A DNA stretch of 31,887 nt from a virus: the IMG/VR virus record IMGVR_UViG_3300025529_000004, positions 69,870 through 101,756 of that record; one strand, given 5' to 3'. Under the pieces are notes generated by a model that was not told the origin of the DNA, did no database searches, and worked only from the letters and a program-made list of their open reading frames with translations. A program made the translations under genes and the position numbers. Within the stretch, counting starts at the first letter, position 1, and every line of letters begins with the position of its first letter. Shown here in pieces: positions 9,501 to 19,400 of this stretch.

Positions 9501-12500
9501 AGATCAAAAAGAACAAATGACAGAAATGACTGCCGAAGTACAAAAATCGAGTATATTACTTGGGCAAGCCGCAAAAGATTACATACAAAATATGATGCAA
9601 GCAGATAAAGCCACAAACAGCACAACAGATTCAATAGTTACAAGCTTTGCAACAATGGTGTCTTCTTCCGGTGCTAGTGCTGACAAAGTTAGAAAAACAT
9701 TGGATGATTTAGTCGGTTCATTAGATAGTAAAAAATTCAAATCAGCTTTTAATGGACTATCTGATGCAATTGATGAATACGATACGGCAGTTAGTAAAGG
9801 TTTGTCAGATAAAGAATTAAAAAAATATGCAGATAATGTAGAAAAACAATTTGATCGAGTTAAAAAAGTGCTGTTAGGTGTTGCAAAAACTCAATTAGGT
9901 GGTAACTCTAAAGCATACAAAGAATTAAACAATGAATTGAGCGCTCTTTTACCAAGTTTAATTGGTGTTGGAGACGAAAGTGATAAAGCAGCAGATAAAC
10001 AAGGAAAACTGTCTCAAAGTGTAGAGCTTTCTTCTGATGAAATTGTACGTAATGCTGTAGCAAATTACGAATCATCAAAAGCCATTGACACTAATACTAA
10101 AGCAACTGATGATAATACAAAATCAAAATATGACAATATGAGTGCAAATGAAATATTGACTCAAAAATATAATGAAACAGCAGATTCGGTTGCAGTATAC
10201 AATGGTTTGCTTGAAGATATGGCAAATGGAAAGAGATTGTCGGCAGCAGAAGCAATGGATCTAATTTCAAAAGAGTCAGATTTAGCTAGTGCAATTACGG
10301 TAGAAAATGGCGTAGTTAAAATCAACAAAGATGCTGTTACAAAATTAAGAGATGCAAAAATAGCTTCTTATCAAGACATGTTGAATGCTACTCAACAAGA
10401 AGCTATTAATACTGCCAACGCCACAATTAGCAACTTGCAAAATTATGGATTACAAATTCAAGCTATTGAAAATTTACAAGATGCTAAACGAAGATTGGCT
10501 GAATTAAGCGATTTAAGAGATATTGCAAACTCAGGTATGGGTGACTGGGGAACTAGGGATGAAGTCAATAAAGCATACGATCAAGTAAAGAGTGTCGTTG
10601 ATTTATATCAGAATGTTGAAAATCTAAAAAAATTAGCTTCACAATCATTAAAACAAGTTGGAACTGCCACAGATAAATCCACCAGAAGTACCAAAGAACA
10701 CACAAAAGCAGCTAAGAGTGATAAAGATGCTATTGATGAACAAACAAATTCATATAGAGAATTAACTGATATAACAGACAAATATAAAGTAGCACTTGAT
10801 AATGTAAACAATGCATTAGATCAACAAGAAAAACTTTATAATAAAATCCCTAAATGGCATGAACAGTATCGAATGGCACTTGATAAAGAAATTAAACTAT
10901 TACAACAAAAGAAAGCCTTATTACAAGAAGAAAGTGCAGAACTGAAAAATCAAATTGCCATCAATTCTACCCTTGTTGGTCAAGTTTATACTGGCTCTGG
11001 TTCGGTTTCAAGCAGTGGTGGAGGGACATATACAGGTAAATATGCAAGCTATATTAATGCCGCAGCTAAAAAATATGGTGTAGATCCGTTCTTAATTGCG
11101 GCAGTTATTCAACAAGAGTCAAGATTCAATCCTAGCGCTCATTCACCTGCCGGCGCAATGGGACTTATGCAATTAATGCCTTCAACAGCTAGAAGCTTGG
11201 GTGTTTCAAATGCGTACAACGCATATCAAAACATAATGGGTGGAACGAAGTATTTAAAACAATTATTAGACCAATTTCATTCTGTAAGTTTGGCATTAGC
11301 AGCGTATAATGCAGGCCCCGGTGCAGTAAGAAAATATGGTGGTATCCCGCCATATTCTGAAACGCAAAAATATGTAAAAGCTGTAACCGGATATTATAGC
11401 AGTTTTAGAGGATCTGCTGGAGGCTCTGTTTCTGTTTCAACCAGTTTAGGAGGTTCTGTTTTACCCGGTTGGGGTGGGCAAATTACTTCTGGTTATGGAA
11501 TGCGAAATGGAGTAATGCACAGAGGAATTGATATTGCAGGTTCAAAAGGACAAACATTAGCTTCTAATATTGCAGGTACAGTTGTATTTGCTGGCTATGG
11601 TACAAAAGGATCTGGCTATGGTGGATACGGAAATGTGGTTGCAATAAAGGATTCGTCTGGATATGTGCATGTATATGGTCATTTAAGTAAAGTTTTAGTT
11701 AAAAAAGGTGATAAAGTAAGTGTAGGTACAAAAATTGGTACGTTAGGAAGTTCAGGAGATGCTTCAGGTGTTCATTTACATTATGAAATTCGTAAAAATG
11801 GTCAACTTGGCAATACAATCAATCCGATTTCCTATGTAAACAAGGCGAAAAATACTTATGTAGATGCTGTTGCAGATACAGTAACCACTATAAATGATTT
11901 GCGTTCGCAATATAGTAGTGTACAAAGCGATATTGCAGGTATCAATGACCGATTAGAAGAGATTCGATATGAAAAAATTGAATCAACAATGGCTGTTTAT
12001 GAAAAAAGAATAAATGATGTACAAAATAAAATCGATACTATTGATAATAAATTAAAAAATTATGCTGAATATACGACTCAGTATAGACAATTACTTTATA
12101 ACAAATATAAAGATATTGGTTTACAAAGAAGACAAAACGCTTCTGAGATCGCTTATGTTAAATCTGTACTAAAGTCGGGCAAATTAAATTTAGCCAAATT
12201 ATATGAATACCAACAAAAATTAAATGATTTATTAAAACAAAGAGATGAATTATACGCTCAACAACAAGAAGTGTATGGGGAAATTGTTAATTCTACATTA
12301 TCAACTTATGAGAAAAGAATTAGCGATTTACAAAATCAAGTTGATGCATTAGATGCAAAATTAGGAAACTATGATCAATCTTCGCCTTCTTATAGAAATG
12401 TGCTTATTTCAAAAGAAAATGCTATTTATGGACAACGGAGACAAAACGCTTCAGAAATTGCCTATCTTCAATCTGTTCTAAAAGCAGGAAAGTTGACCAA

Positions 12501-14565
12501 TGAACAGTTAGCAGAGTATCGGCAAAAATTAAATGAATTATTAAAGCAAAGAGATGAGTTATTAAAAGCACAGCAAGAAGTTGGAGATGCCAAAGTTGAT
12601 TCTTACATTTCAGAAATGAACGACTTATTGGATAGATTAAATTCTGCTTTAACTTTATCCAGAAGTAAAATGGAAAGAATGAATAAAGAAAGCCATGAAT
12701 ATGCACAAACATTGGCTTATCAAAACAATGTTTTGCAAGAACAGATTGATGCTTTGAAAGCATATCAAAATGTATTGACCAAAGTATTAAAAACTGAAAC
12801 TTTATCAAGTGAAAAGAAAAAAGATCTTGAAAAAGAATTAAGTGACATTAATCAACAAATCGAAGACTTGACTAATGAACAATATGACATAAGAAGTGAT
12901 TTAGCAGATCAATATATAGATGTCATTAAATCAGCCATTCAAAAAGAACAAGAGTTAAAAACAAATGCTCTACAAAAAGAAATGGATGACTTGGAAAAAG
13001 CACATCAAGAAAAATTGGATATGTATGACAAAGATGTAGAAGCATTTGAAAAAGCAATAAATGAAAAGCTCGCTTTGATTGACGAACAATATGATGAAGA
13101 CATGTATAACAAAAATATGAACAATTTGTTAAAACAGCAAGCAGATATTCAAGGACAAATTGATGCTTTAATGTTAGATGATTCCTTAGAAGCCAAAGCA
13201 AAAAGAGCTGATTTACAAAAACAATTGCAAGATGTTCAAGATCAAATTGACCAAGCGCGCTATGATCGCGAAGTTGAATTAAGAAAGAAAAATTTACAAG
13301 ATCAACTGGATAGTTATAAAGAAGATATAGATGCGAAAAAAGATGCTGAGGATCAAAAATATGAAGATCAAAAGGATTCTTTACAAAAACAACTAGATGA
13401 ATGGAATTATTACTATAATGAATTATTAAATGACGAAAAATATTTTAATGATTTAAGGCAACAAATTTTGGACGGAAATTTAAAAGAAGCTCAAGAGAAA
13501 TTACAAGAGTATTTGGATCACTTTAAACAGTATAATCAAGATACAGTTAAAGAAATTCAATCAAGTTGGACAGAATTACAAAGTTTAATTGATAAAATTC
13601 AACATTTACAAGATACAGGTTCAACAGTTACAGACCCTAATAATGACGATAATTCAGGAATTTTAGATAGTGCAAAGAAATCTGATTGGGAACGCTATTT
13701 AGAAAATAAACGCCTAATGCAATTTGGAAACCCTACAGAAGAACGAAAAGAACAGCTCAAAGAAGAAAATGATATGCTTAGGACAAAATGGGGTTTTGAA
13801 GATGGAAGTTATCTTGATTTATTAAAAAAATATGAACCTGAAGAATACGAAAAACAAAGAAATGCAGCTTTTCAACAATATCTGACCAATAAAAGACTTG
13901 CTGAATTTAATGATCCAACCCCTGAACGTGCAGCACAATTAAAAAAAGAAAATGATAATTTAAGAAAACTTTGGGGATTTGATGATGGTTCGTATGTTGA
14001 ATTATTAAAAGAATATGATATTGATCGGTACAATAAGGAAAGATCTGCTGCTTGGCAAGAATATTTAAATAACAAGCGTTTAGCCGAAAAAAATCAACCT
14101 ACTCCAGAAAGAGCTGCTGAATTAAAAGCAGAGAATACAAAATTAAGACAAAAATGGGGATTCCCAGATGGTAGTTATGATAATCTGAAAAATTTAAAGA
14201 AATATCATGATGGTGGCATCATTGGTGGAAAAGGAAGTCGATTAGCTGAGGTATTAAATATATTGGCAAATAACAATCCTAATGAAGTAACAGTTAAAGC
14301 ATTGCTTGGAGAAGTGGCAATACCTGAGAAGAATATTCCAAATCTATTCAAAAATATTTCAAAAGCGATTCAATCTATGATAACAATACCTCAACCATCT
14401 TTAGTCAATTATCCTATTCAAAATATTAATGATAATGAGTCTGACAATGTTGGCATTAAAATTTTCTTTAATGTAGATAAGATGTATGCAACTCAAGAAG
14501 AAGCTGAAGACTTTACCACAAAAATAATGAATTCAATTAAGCGAAAAAGGGGTGGTCGGTTTTAA
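6571..14565 (+). CDS. cwlP: Tail tape measure protein with lytic transglycosylase and M23 peptidase domains (CwlP/YomI-like)
   Basis: 2664 aa; TP901-type tape-measure core (~7730-8500); SLT motifs QQES..GAMGLMQLMP..LAAYNAG (~11040-11390); M23 motifs HRGID..YGHL..HLHYE (~11480-11835); long coiled coils. Confidence 0.88.
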   Translation: MDELGIKLSVGLDNSPKSVEDINKQIRELEGKINKLNINLNLSGLDKIQNLNIGFDDKEIQKLQKLVDKIQKSFSSELNKSFKQMNDNADSLIMDNVKNEIARYSNLQDRIKEIKKDANSLSQITVSTKKDIDDIERAVIKYRDALGRTITETYKLINQGKKIDSSDSSTKPVMEWELVSNKAIDNVEQQEKAEESLRQKRDQLLKQLRTLELQGKITTETFKKMSNAIDTRDDIQQLNKLNNTIKMLDRNASRKISPGELIASDSSLKDLNGVTSKQLEDILRANQAIGDQRVLASSLNRVTGQWSLTIKENSKEQRTLTGTINTANGAIYKQTDAIKDLSGRHLGLAEQIGIAISRTFTWATAMTGFYGTIRGIQNMLQEVISIDQAMTELKRVMDATPKQYNEMLQQSIELSKQLGNNVHDVLDSLTEVARSYGDTLSQADMLKLTKTSILASNVSDLSPAQAMSDMIGVMNAYKISAQDSIQIIDKLNEVDNNYSVSTQQIADAMQKSASVAKVYGVSLDELIGNITAIGSTTQESGEQIGRALKTIYSRITTLGQAKDALDSVGVSIYDMNNQVKPVSTILDELAKKWKGLSDEQRQNVAVNVAGRDQLTRFLALMENWNMSINATKTSLNSAGSAMQENEKYLNSAQARINELKTAFTELSLAVGKAFLTDGFIGAVEILKGMAEGGAKVASVVGVLPIIFGTAGVAAYALSKNFRKAITEMSIFEIMSKGLTISTTALATAFRGLAVATGVGLIFAGIGFAAEKLIAHFTEAKKKEEEFQQKQQDMIDSFKSHEKSIEDLADQYERYEQKISSGHYDVQDLQQFNDIRRQLASLMPSLIVGEDAYGNKIIGTSSSIKEQIKLLKEQIETQKQVDAIKKEKEVKKEYDDAIKNYKKAQSKKDEQWDDFLYGSQGILGKIIPSTSNSGIMNGIKTIDDLNKKLDEYEKKRQKLLAQGKDLNPIDKHTYNLLKDQKEQMTEMTAEVQKSSILLGQAAKDYIQNMMQADKATNSTTDSIVTSFATMVSSSGASADKVRKTLDDLVGSLDSKKFKSAFNGLSDAIDEYDTAVSKGLSDKELKKYADNVEKQFDRVKKVLLGVAKTQLGGNSKAYKELNNELSALLPSLIGVGDESDKAADKQGKLSQSVELSSDEIVRNAVANYESSKAIDTNTKATDDNTKSKYDNMSANEILTQKYNETADSVAVYNGLLEDMANGKRLSAAEAMDLISKESDLASAITVENGVVKINKDAVTKLRDAKIASYQDMLNATQQEAINTANATISNLQNYGLQIQAIENLQDAKRRLAELSDLRDIANSGMGDWGTRDEVNKAYDQVKSVVDLYQNVENLKKLASQSLKQVGTATDKSTRSTKEHTKAAKSDKDAIDEQTNSYRELTDITDKYKVALDNVNNALDQQEKLYNKIPKWHEQYRMALDKEIKLLQQKKALLQEESAELKNQIAINSTLVGQVYTGSGSVSSSGGGTYTGKYASYINAAAKKYGVDPFLIAAVIQQESRFNPSAHSPAGAMGLMQLMPSTARSLGVSNAYNAYQNIMGGTKYLKQLLDQFHSVSLALAAYNAGPGAVRKYGGIPPYSETQKYVKAVTGYYSSFRGSAGGSVSVSTSLGGSVLPGWGGQITSGYGMRNGVMHRGIDIAGSKGQTLASNIAGTVVFAGYGTKGSGYGGYGNVVAIKDSSGYVHVYGHLSKVLVKKGDKVSVGTKIGTLGSSGDASGVHLHYEIRKNGQLGNTINPISYVNKAKNTYVDAVADTVTTINDLRSQYSSVQSDIAGINDRLEEIRYEKIESTMAVYEKRINDVQNKIDTIDNKLKNYAEYTTQYRQLLYNKYKDIGLQRRQNASEIAYVKSVLKSGKLNLAKLYEYQQKLNDLLKQRDELYAQQQEVYGEIVNSTLSTYEKRISDLQNQVDALDAKLGNYDQSSPSYRNVLISKENAIYGQRRQNASEIAYLQSVLKAGKLTNEQLAEYRQKLNELLKQRDELLKAQQEVGDAKVDSYISEMNDLLDRLNSALTLSRSKMERMNKESHEYAQTLAYQNNVLQEQIDALKAYQNVLTKVLKTETLSSEKKKDLEKELSDINQQIEDLTNEQYDIRSDLADQYIDVIKSAIQKEQELKTNALQKEMDDLEKAHQEKLDMYDKDVEAFEKAINEKLALIDEQYDEDMYNKNMNNLLKQQADIQGQIDALMLDDSLEAKAKRADLQKQLQDVQDQIDQARYDREVELRKKNLQDQLDSYKEDIDAKKDAEDQKYEDQKDSLQKQLDEWNYYYNELLNDEKYFNDLRQQILDGNLKEAQEKLQEYLDHFKQYNQDTVKEIQSSWTELQSLIDKIQHLQDTGSTVTDPNNDDNSGILDSAKKSDWERYLENKRLMQFGNPTEERKEQLKEENDMLRTKWGFEDGSYLDLLKKYEPEEYEKQRNAAFQQYLTNKRLAEFNDPTPERAAQLKKENDNLRKLWGFDDGSYVELLKEYDIDRYNKERSAAWQEYLNNKRLAEKNQPTPERAAELKAENTKLRQKWGFPDGSYDNLKNLKKYHDGGIIGGKGSRLAEVLNILANNNPNEVTVKALLGEVAIPEKNIPNLFKNISKAIQSMITIPQPSLVNYPIQNINDNESDNVGIKIFFNVDKMYATQEEAEDFTTKIMNSIKRKRGGRF
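11971..12900 (+). repeat. About 103-aa tandem repeats in the tape measure
   Basis: YEKRI...QRRQNASEIAY..SVLK.GKL...QKLN.LLKQRDEL occurs twice, 309 nt apart, plus a degenerate third copy. Confidence 0.8.
13678..14190 (+). repeat. Three 61-aa repeats near the tape-measure C-terminus
   Basis: YL.NKRL....PT.ER..QLK.EN..LR..WGF.DGSY starting at 13678, 13861 and 14044 (183-nt period). Confidence 0.9.
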
Positions 14566-15167
14566 TGCTTGAATCCCTAAATTTTTATTATGACGGTATT
14601 TATTCTGTTGATATGGGTGTCGTAAACGTAAGAGTATCAGGTGGTTTATTTGAGGAAACTTTTATTCCAAACAGAGAAATTAAAGAAACAAAAATTTCTA
14701 AAAGAGATAAGCCTTATTTTAACGGCTTATCTCTTTCTTCTTATTCTTTTGGATTAACACTTTTTTTCGAAGATGGTTTTGATGAAGATAAAAAACGAAA
14801 GGTAGCTAGGTGGTTAAATCAGGATTATTATAAAGAATTCATTTTTGAATCTAACCCTACACAGATATTTTACTGTATGCCTGAAGGAGAAATGAAAATT
14901 TATCACAATGGGAACGGGGAAGGTTATATAGATTTAACAATGAAATGTGACTCTCCTTATTCATATAGTCATGAGTTTATCCAAGAAAATTTAGAGTTTA
15001 CATACGATCAAAATCCTTATCTTTTTAATCATAATTTTTCTACTTATGTTGGTGGTACATATGAAAATACGGTAATTAAAGATGGTGCGTTAGAATTGGA
15101 CAAATTAGACTGCAAATGGAGTGAAATTTTTACTTCTACAGATAAGTGGGGTGACATCTTACTATGA
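14565..15167 (+). CDS. Distal tail protein (Dit), N-terminal part
   Basis: Directly after the tape measure; F.YDG..S.DMGV...RKVARWL...LTMKCDSPYSYS siphophage Dit pattern (YomH-like). Confidence 0.72.
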   Translation: MLESLNFYYDGIYSVDMGVVNVRVSGGLFEETFIPNREIKETKISKRDKPYFNGLSLSSYSFGLTLFFEDGFDEDKKRKVARWLNQDYYKEFIFESNPTQIFYCMPEGEMKIYHNGNGEGYIDLTMKCDSPYSYSHEFIQENLEFTYDQNPYLFNHNFSTYVGGTYENTVIKDGALELDKLDCKWSEIFTSTDKWGDILL

Positions 15168-15817
15168 AATCAACTGATAAAATGGGACTAAAAGTTATAG
15201 AAAATAGTGTTTATGATGAGTTTGCTGAAGAAATGTTGAATAGCTATAGTGATAATTTTAGTAAAATTGACGAATGGGTAGAAGGAAAAATTGATAATAT
15301 TGAAAATTTAGTATCAGGTCAATTATACAAAAAATCTGATCGAATGTTGAATATAAATCCGGATATCGGTAATTATGTTGGTTGGATCAATATAAGAGAA
15401 GGAATATTTGCAAAAAAATGGACAGCAAATACTGATTACAGCGTTGGTGATTTAGTAAGACCTAATTCTGATAATGGACATGTTTATCGTTGTGTTTCAA
15501 ATGGAAAATCCCAAAATATTGAACCTTTGTTCAATACAACTTCTTCTTCGCAAACGGTTGACTTAAGAAATGCAAACACATGGAATCCAGATCAAAGCTA
15601 TCAGGTTGAAGACATTGTTATTCCTACGAATGGGGCTGATACTTATTATTATAAATGTATTGTTTCAGGAACTTCTGGAGAGACAGAGCCAACATGGAAC
15701 AGTAATCAAGGAACTACAATAGTAGACGGTTCTGTAACATGGTTAGTAGAAAAAACAGCCAAATGGGAAGAATTTGGGACAGCTTGTTTATTTAGACCTT
15801 ATGGGAAAATAGAGTAG
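15164..15817 (+). CDS. Short fibre/adhesin with two CBM5/12-like modules
   Basis: N-terminal M..T..MGL...N.DNF.KID fibre-anchor-like motif; W.ANTDYSVGDLV.P..GHVYRC and W..DQSYQVEDIVIP..YYYKC...GTSG.TEPTW modules. Confidence 0.6.
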   Translation: MKSTDKMGLKVIENSVYDEFAEEMLNSYSDNFSKIDEWVEGKIDNIENLVSGQLYKKSDRMLNINPDIGNYVGWINIREGIFAKKWTANTDYSVGDLVRPNSDNGHVYRCVSNGKSQNIEPLFNTTSSSQTVDLRNANTWNPDQSYQVEDIVIPTNGADTYYYKCIVSGTSGETEPTWNSNQGTTIVDGSVTWLVEKTAKWEEFGTACLFRPYGKIE

Positions 15818-15827
15818 GTGTAGAAAT

Positions 15828-16466
15828 GTGAAAAAATGGTCAGAAATTCTAAAATCGTATGGAACATTCATTTCGGATGAAATTGACTTGTCTTCTAATT
15901 ATAACTACTATGTTTTTTTCTCTAATGATTATGTTAGCAACAGTGAGACAAAAGTTGAATTTTATCTTTCATTTTCGGATGATCAAGGGACAACTTGGGG
16001 TGATTGGAAATCACTTGATTTAAGTGTTCAAGATTTATTCGCTTTTTCTGATAATATAAGTAATTTAAAAATGAAATACATGATAAAATTATATTCAAAA
16101 CCAAATACACCATCACCATCAATTAATAATTTTAGTTTAAAAATTACACCATATTACAGCATTTCAAACTTAGGAGATGTGATTTGCAAACCTCAAATTT
16201 GGGTTAAAAAGTTAAACGGTGACGGAGATATTTATCTTAAAAACTCTACAACCAATCAAGAATTAATTTTAAAAAATTTAAAAAAAGACGAAGAAATTTT
16301 TATAGATTGTGATAATGAAGACTTAATTACATCTCTTCCATTAACGTATAGATTTGATGATCATAATGATGTTTTTTTAGAACTTGATATTGGAGAAAAT
16401 CTAATCACCGGATACGGTGATTTTTCTTTTGATATAAAGACACAATTCAAATATTTGCAAAGATAG
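15828..16466 (+). CDS. Distal tail protein (Dit), C-terminal part
   Basis: NLGDVICKPQI...IFIDCDNE...FLELDIGENLITGYG matches the C-terminal Dit domain pattern; RBS AGGTG, GTG start. Confidence 0.65.
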   Translation: MKKWSEILKSYGTFISDEIDLSSNYNYYVFFSNDYVSNSETKVEFYLSFSDDQGTTWGDWKSLDLSVQDLFAFSDNISNLKMKYMIKLYSKPNTPSPSINNFSLKITPYYSISNLGDVICKPQIWVKKLNGDGDIYLKNSTTNQELILKNLKKDEEIFIDCDNEDLITSLPLTYRFDDHNDVFLELDIGENLITGYGDFSFDIKTQFKYLQR

Positions 16467-16477
16467 GGGGTGAATAT

Positions 16478-19400
16478 ATGGAAACATTAAGAATTGGTGA
16501 GATAGATTATGGTAAAAAACCAGTAAAACCAGAATTGTTTTTATGTAAGAAAAGTAAAACTACAATAAAAAAATTGACAGAAGCCTATGAGATTAAATAT
16601 GGAGAAAAATTAGATGCATTAAATGAATTAAGCTTTAAAATTCCAGCAAAAATAGAAAAAAATCATGTGTTAATAGAGAATGAAAATATCAAAACAATAA
16701 AACACAGATACTTGTTTAAACTTAAACTAAATAATTATGTGGAATATTTTTTATATAATGAAGTGCAAAAAAGTGGAAGCGAAGATACAAATGAAGTTGA
16801 ATATCATGCCTTCAGCTTAGGATATGAATTAAATGATCGAATTATCAGAAGTTATAGTGAAATTTCTAAACCTTGTAGTGAACATTTGAGAAACATATTA
16901 TCAGAAACTAATTGGGAAGTTGGTTATATTGATTCTGAATTTGATCTTAAATACCGTACTTACGAAGTATCTTCACAAACTGTATTACAATGTGTAACTG
17001 AATTAGCCGAAAAATACAATGCAGTAATTAAATGGGATACGGTTAATCGAAAAATTAACTTTTTCCTTCCCGGTAACGTTGGTGTAAATAGAGGATTAAA
17101 ACTAAATTATAATAAATATTTAAAAAGCATAAATCAAGCAGAAAACTCAGAAGAAGTTATAACCAGACTTAAATTATATGGAAAAGATGAATTGAGTATT
17201 AGAGATATTTCCCCAACAGGACAAAATTATTTAGAAGATTTTTCGTATTATATGTATCCTTTTCAAAGAGATGAAAATAGAAATGTTATAGAACATTCTT
17301 ATTATATGAGTGATGAATTATGCCATCAATTATTAGACTATCGAGAACTAGTTGAAAGCAAAGAAGGAGAATTTAATTCATACTTACAACAGAAAAAAGA
17401 TTTAGAGTCAGAATTAGCAACTAAAGAAAATGAATTAAGCAATTTAAATATGGAAATGCAACAAATATTAGACTCATTAGATGTTGCAAATGCAACTGGC
17501 AATGTAAATGGTGAATATCATGATGACTTAGTTGATAAAAAAAATCAAAAACAAAATGAAATTGATGCAAAACAAAGTGAAATAGACGAAGTTCAAAATG
17601 CAATAAACGAAGTGGTCAACAATATAACAAATTTACGAGAAACTATAAAAACAGAAGCAAATTTTACTCAGGAAGCGTTGATTGAATTAAATGATTATAT
17701 TATAGAAAAAGAATATGTTAACGATAGCATTGTGGATGAAGAAGACCTATTAAATGAAGGACTCGAAGCTTTCAAAACTTATAAAGAACCCAAAATTTCC
17801 ATTAATATTGATATTGTAAATTTTTTAGATATTGTAGAATGTCAAAATGATTGGGATAAACTGGTTCTTGGTGACATAATTACTATACGTGTAGATGAAC
17901 TGGATCTGTATACACAGGCAAAAATAATTGAAATAAATTATGATTTTGAAAACTCCTCTATTAGTTTGACAATCGCAAACGAAAAAGCAATTGATGATAA
18001 TTTAAACGCATATATGAATATGCTTTATACATCATACAACGCTGCAACAGTTGTTAATATGGAGAAATTTAAATGGGATTTATCTTTGGAAAATAACGGA
18101 ATGATAAATCAGATTATTAATGACATATGGGACGCTAATAAAAGAGCAATTGAAGGTGGTTCTGAACAGCTAATTTCATTTAGTAATAGAGGAATTATTG
18201 TAAAAAGTATTACTGATCCAAATACATGGTTGGTTATTCAGAATGGAATTTTAGCTATTACAAACGATGGCGGAGATACATGGAAACATGCAATCACTTC
18301 TGAAGGTATTGTTGGAGAACGTTTATACGGAAAAATTATAATGGGCGTCAATTTAGCGATTGAAGATATCGATGGCATAATCAAATTTAGAGGAAGTAAA
18401 GGTCAAATTTTTGACAGAAATGGCAACGAAGTAATGAGATTAGGACTGGTTTCTGATCCTCCTGATGAAGATTGTTTCGGTTTGAAATTAGATAATGGAA
18501 AGCATCAAATATTTGTAGACACCCTTAATGGTTTTAAAATTAATAAAAAACAATTTGGTGAATGGGTTCCTGTGATGTACGCCGATTTAGACGGCAATTT
18601 TTGGGTAAAGGATTTTAAGGCAAAGAATTTAACCATAGAAGATGATGATGGTTATTTTAAATTTCAAGGAAATAAAGCGACTGTTTCAGATGGTTTTAAA
18701 GATGTAATGTGGTTAGGATATTTAGCTGACGAAGGCAATGATTTTGGCATTATTGTTAAAAATGACGTAAATGACATTTATATGACTCGAAATAGAGGCT
18801 TTGAGATCACTAGAGATGGCGTAACAAAATTTAAAGCAGATTTAGATGGTGGATTATACGCTGAAGATATTACAACCAAAAATATAAAAATAATCGATGG
18901 AGAATTAGGTGAAGGGATAGAATTTGACCAAATCACAGGAATAACCATAACAGGACAACATGGTGAAAAAATTTATTTGAATGCAAATGAAGGAATTAAA
19001 ATTGAGGTTAACGGGGATAAAAGATTTTGGATAGATACAGACGGAACATTAAGAGCAAAAAAATTAATAATTACTCCTGATAATGAAGAACAATTAGTTG
19101 AGTTACCAGATGGTTCTTTTATATCTGAGTTAACAGTTAACAGTTTAAGAAGTTTAAATAGCGTAAATCCTCAAGATCACGTCTACATAAAAGACAATTT
19201 TATTAAATTGGTTACAGGTATAGGAGATGCAACAGATGTTCCCAAATTTACTTTAGCTTTAGAGTCATCGGGTGGTTCTAGTTATCCTAAAATGACTTGG
19301 GGTGCTGGTGGTTTAACTGGAGGAACAGATATTGGATACATATATAAAGACAACAACGGTTTTTATTGGCAATACGTGGGCGAAGACGGTCAAACTCGTA

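Noticed and set aside
15114-15848. Target-site duplication or ribosomal bypass between the two KWSEI codings
   Set aside because: The Ser codons differ completely and the downstream ORF has its own RBS and start; protein-level repeat more likely
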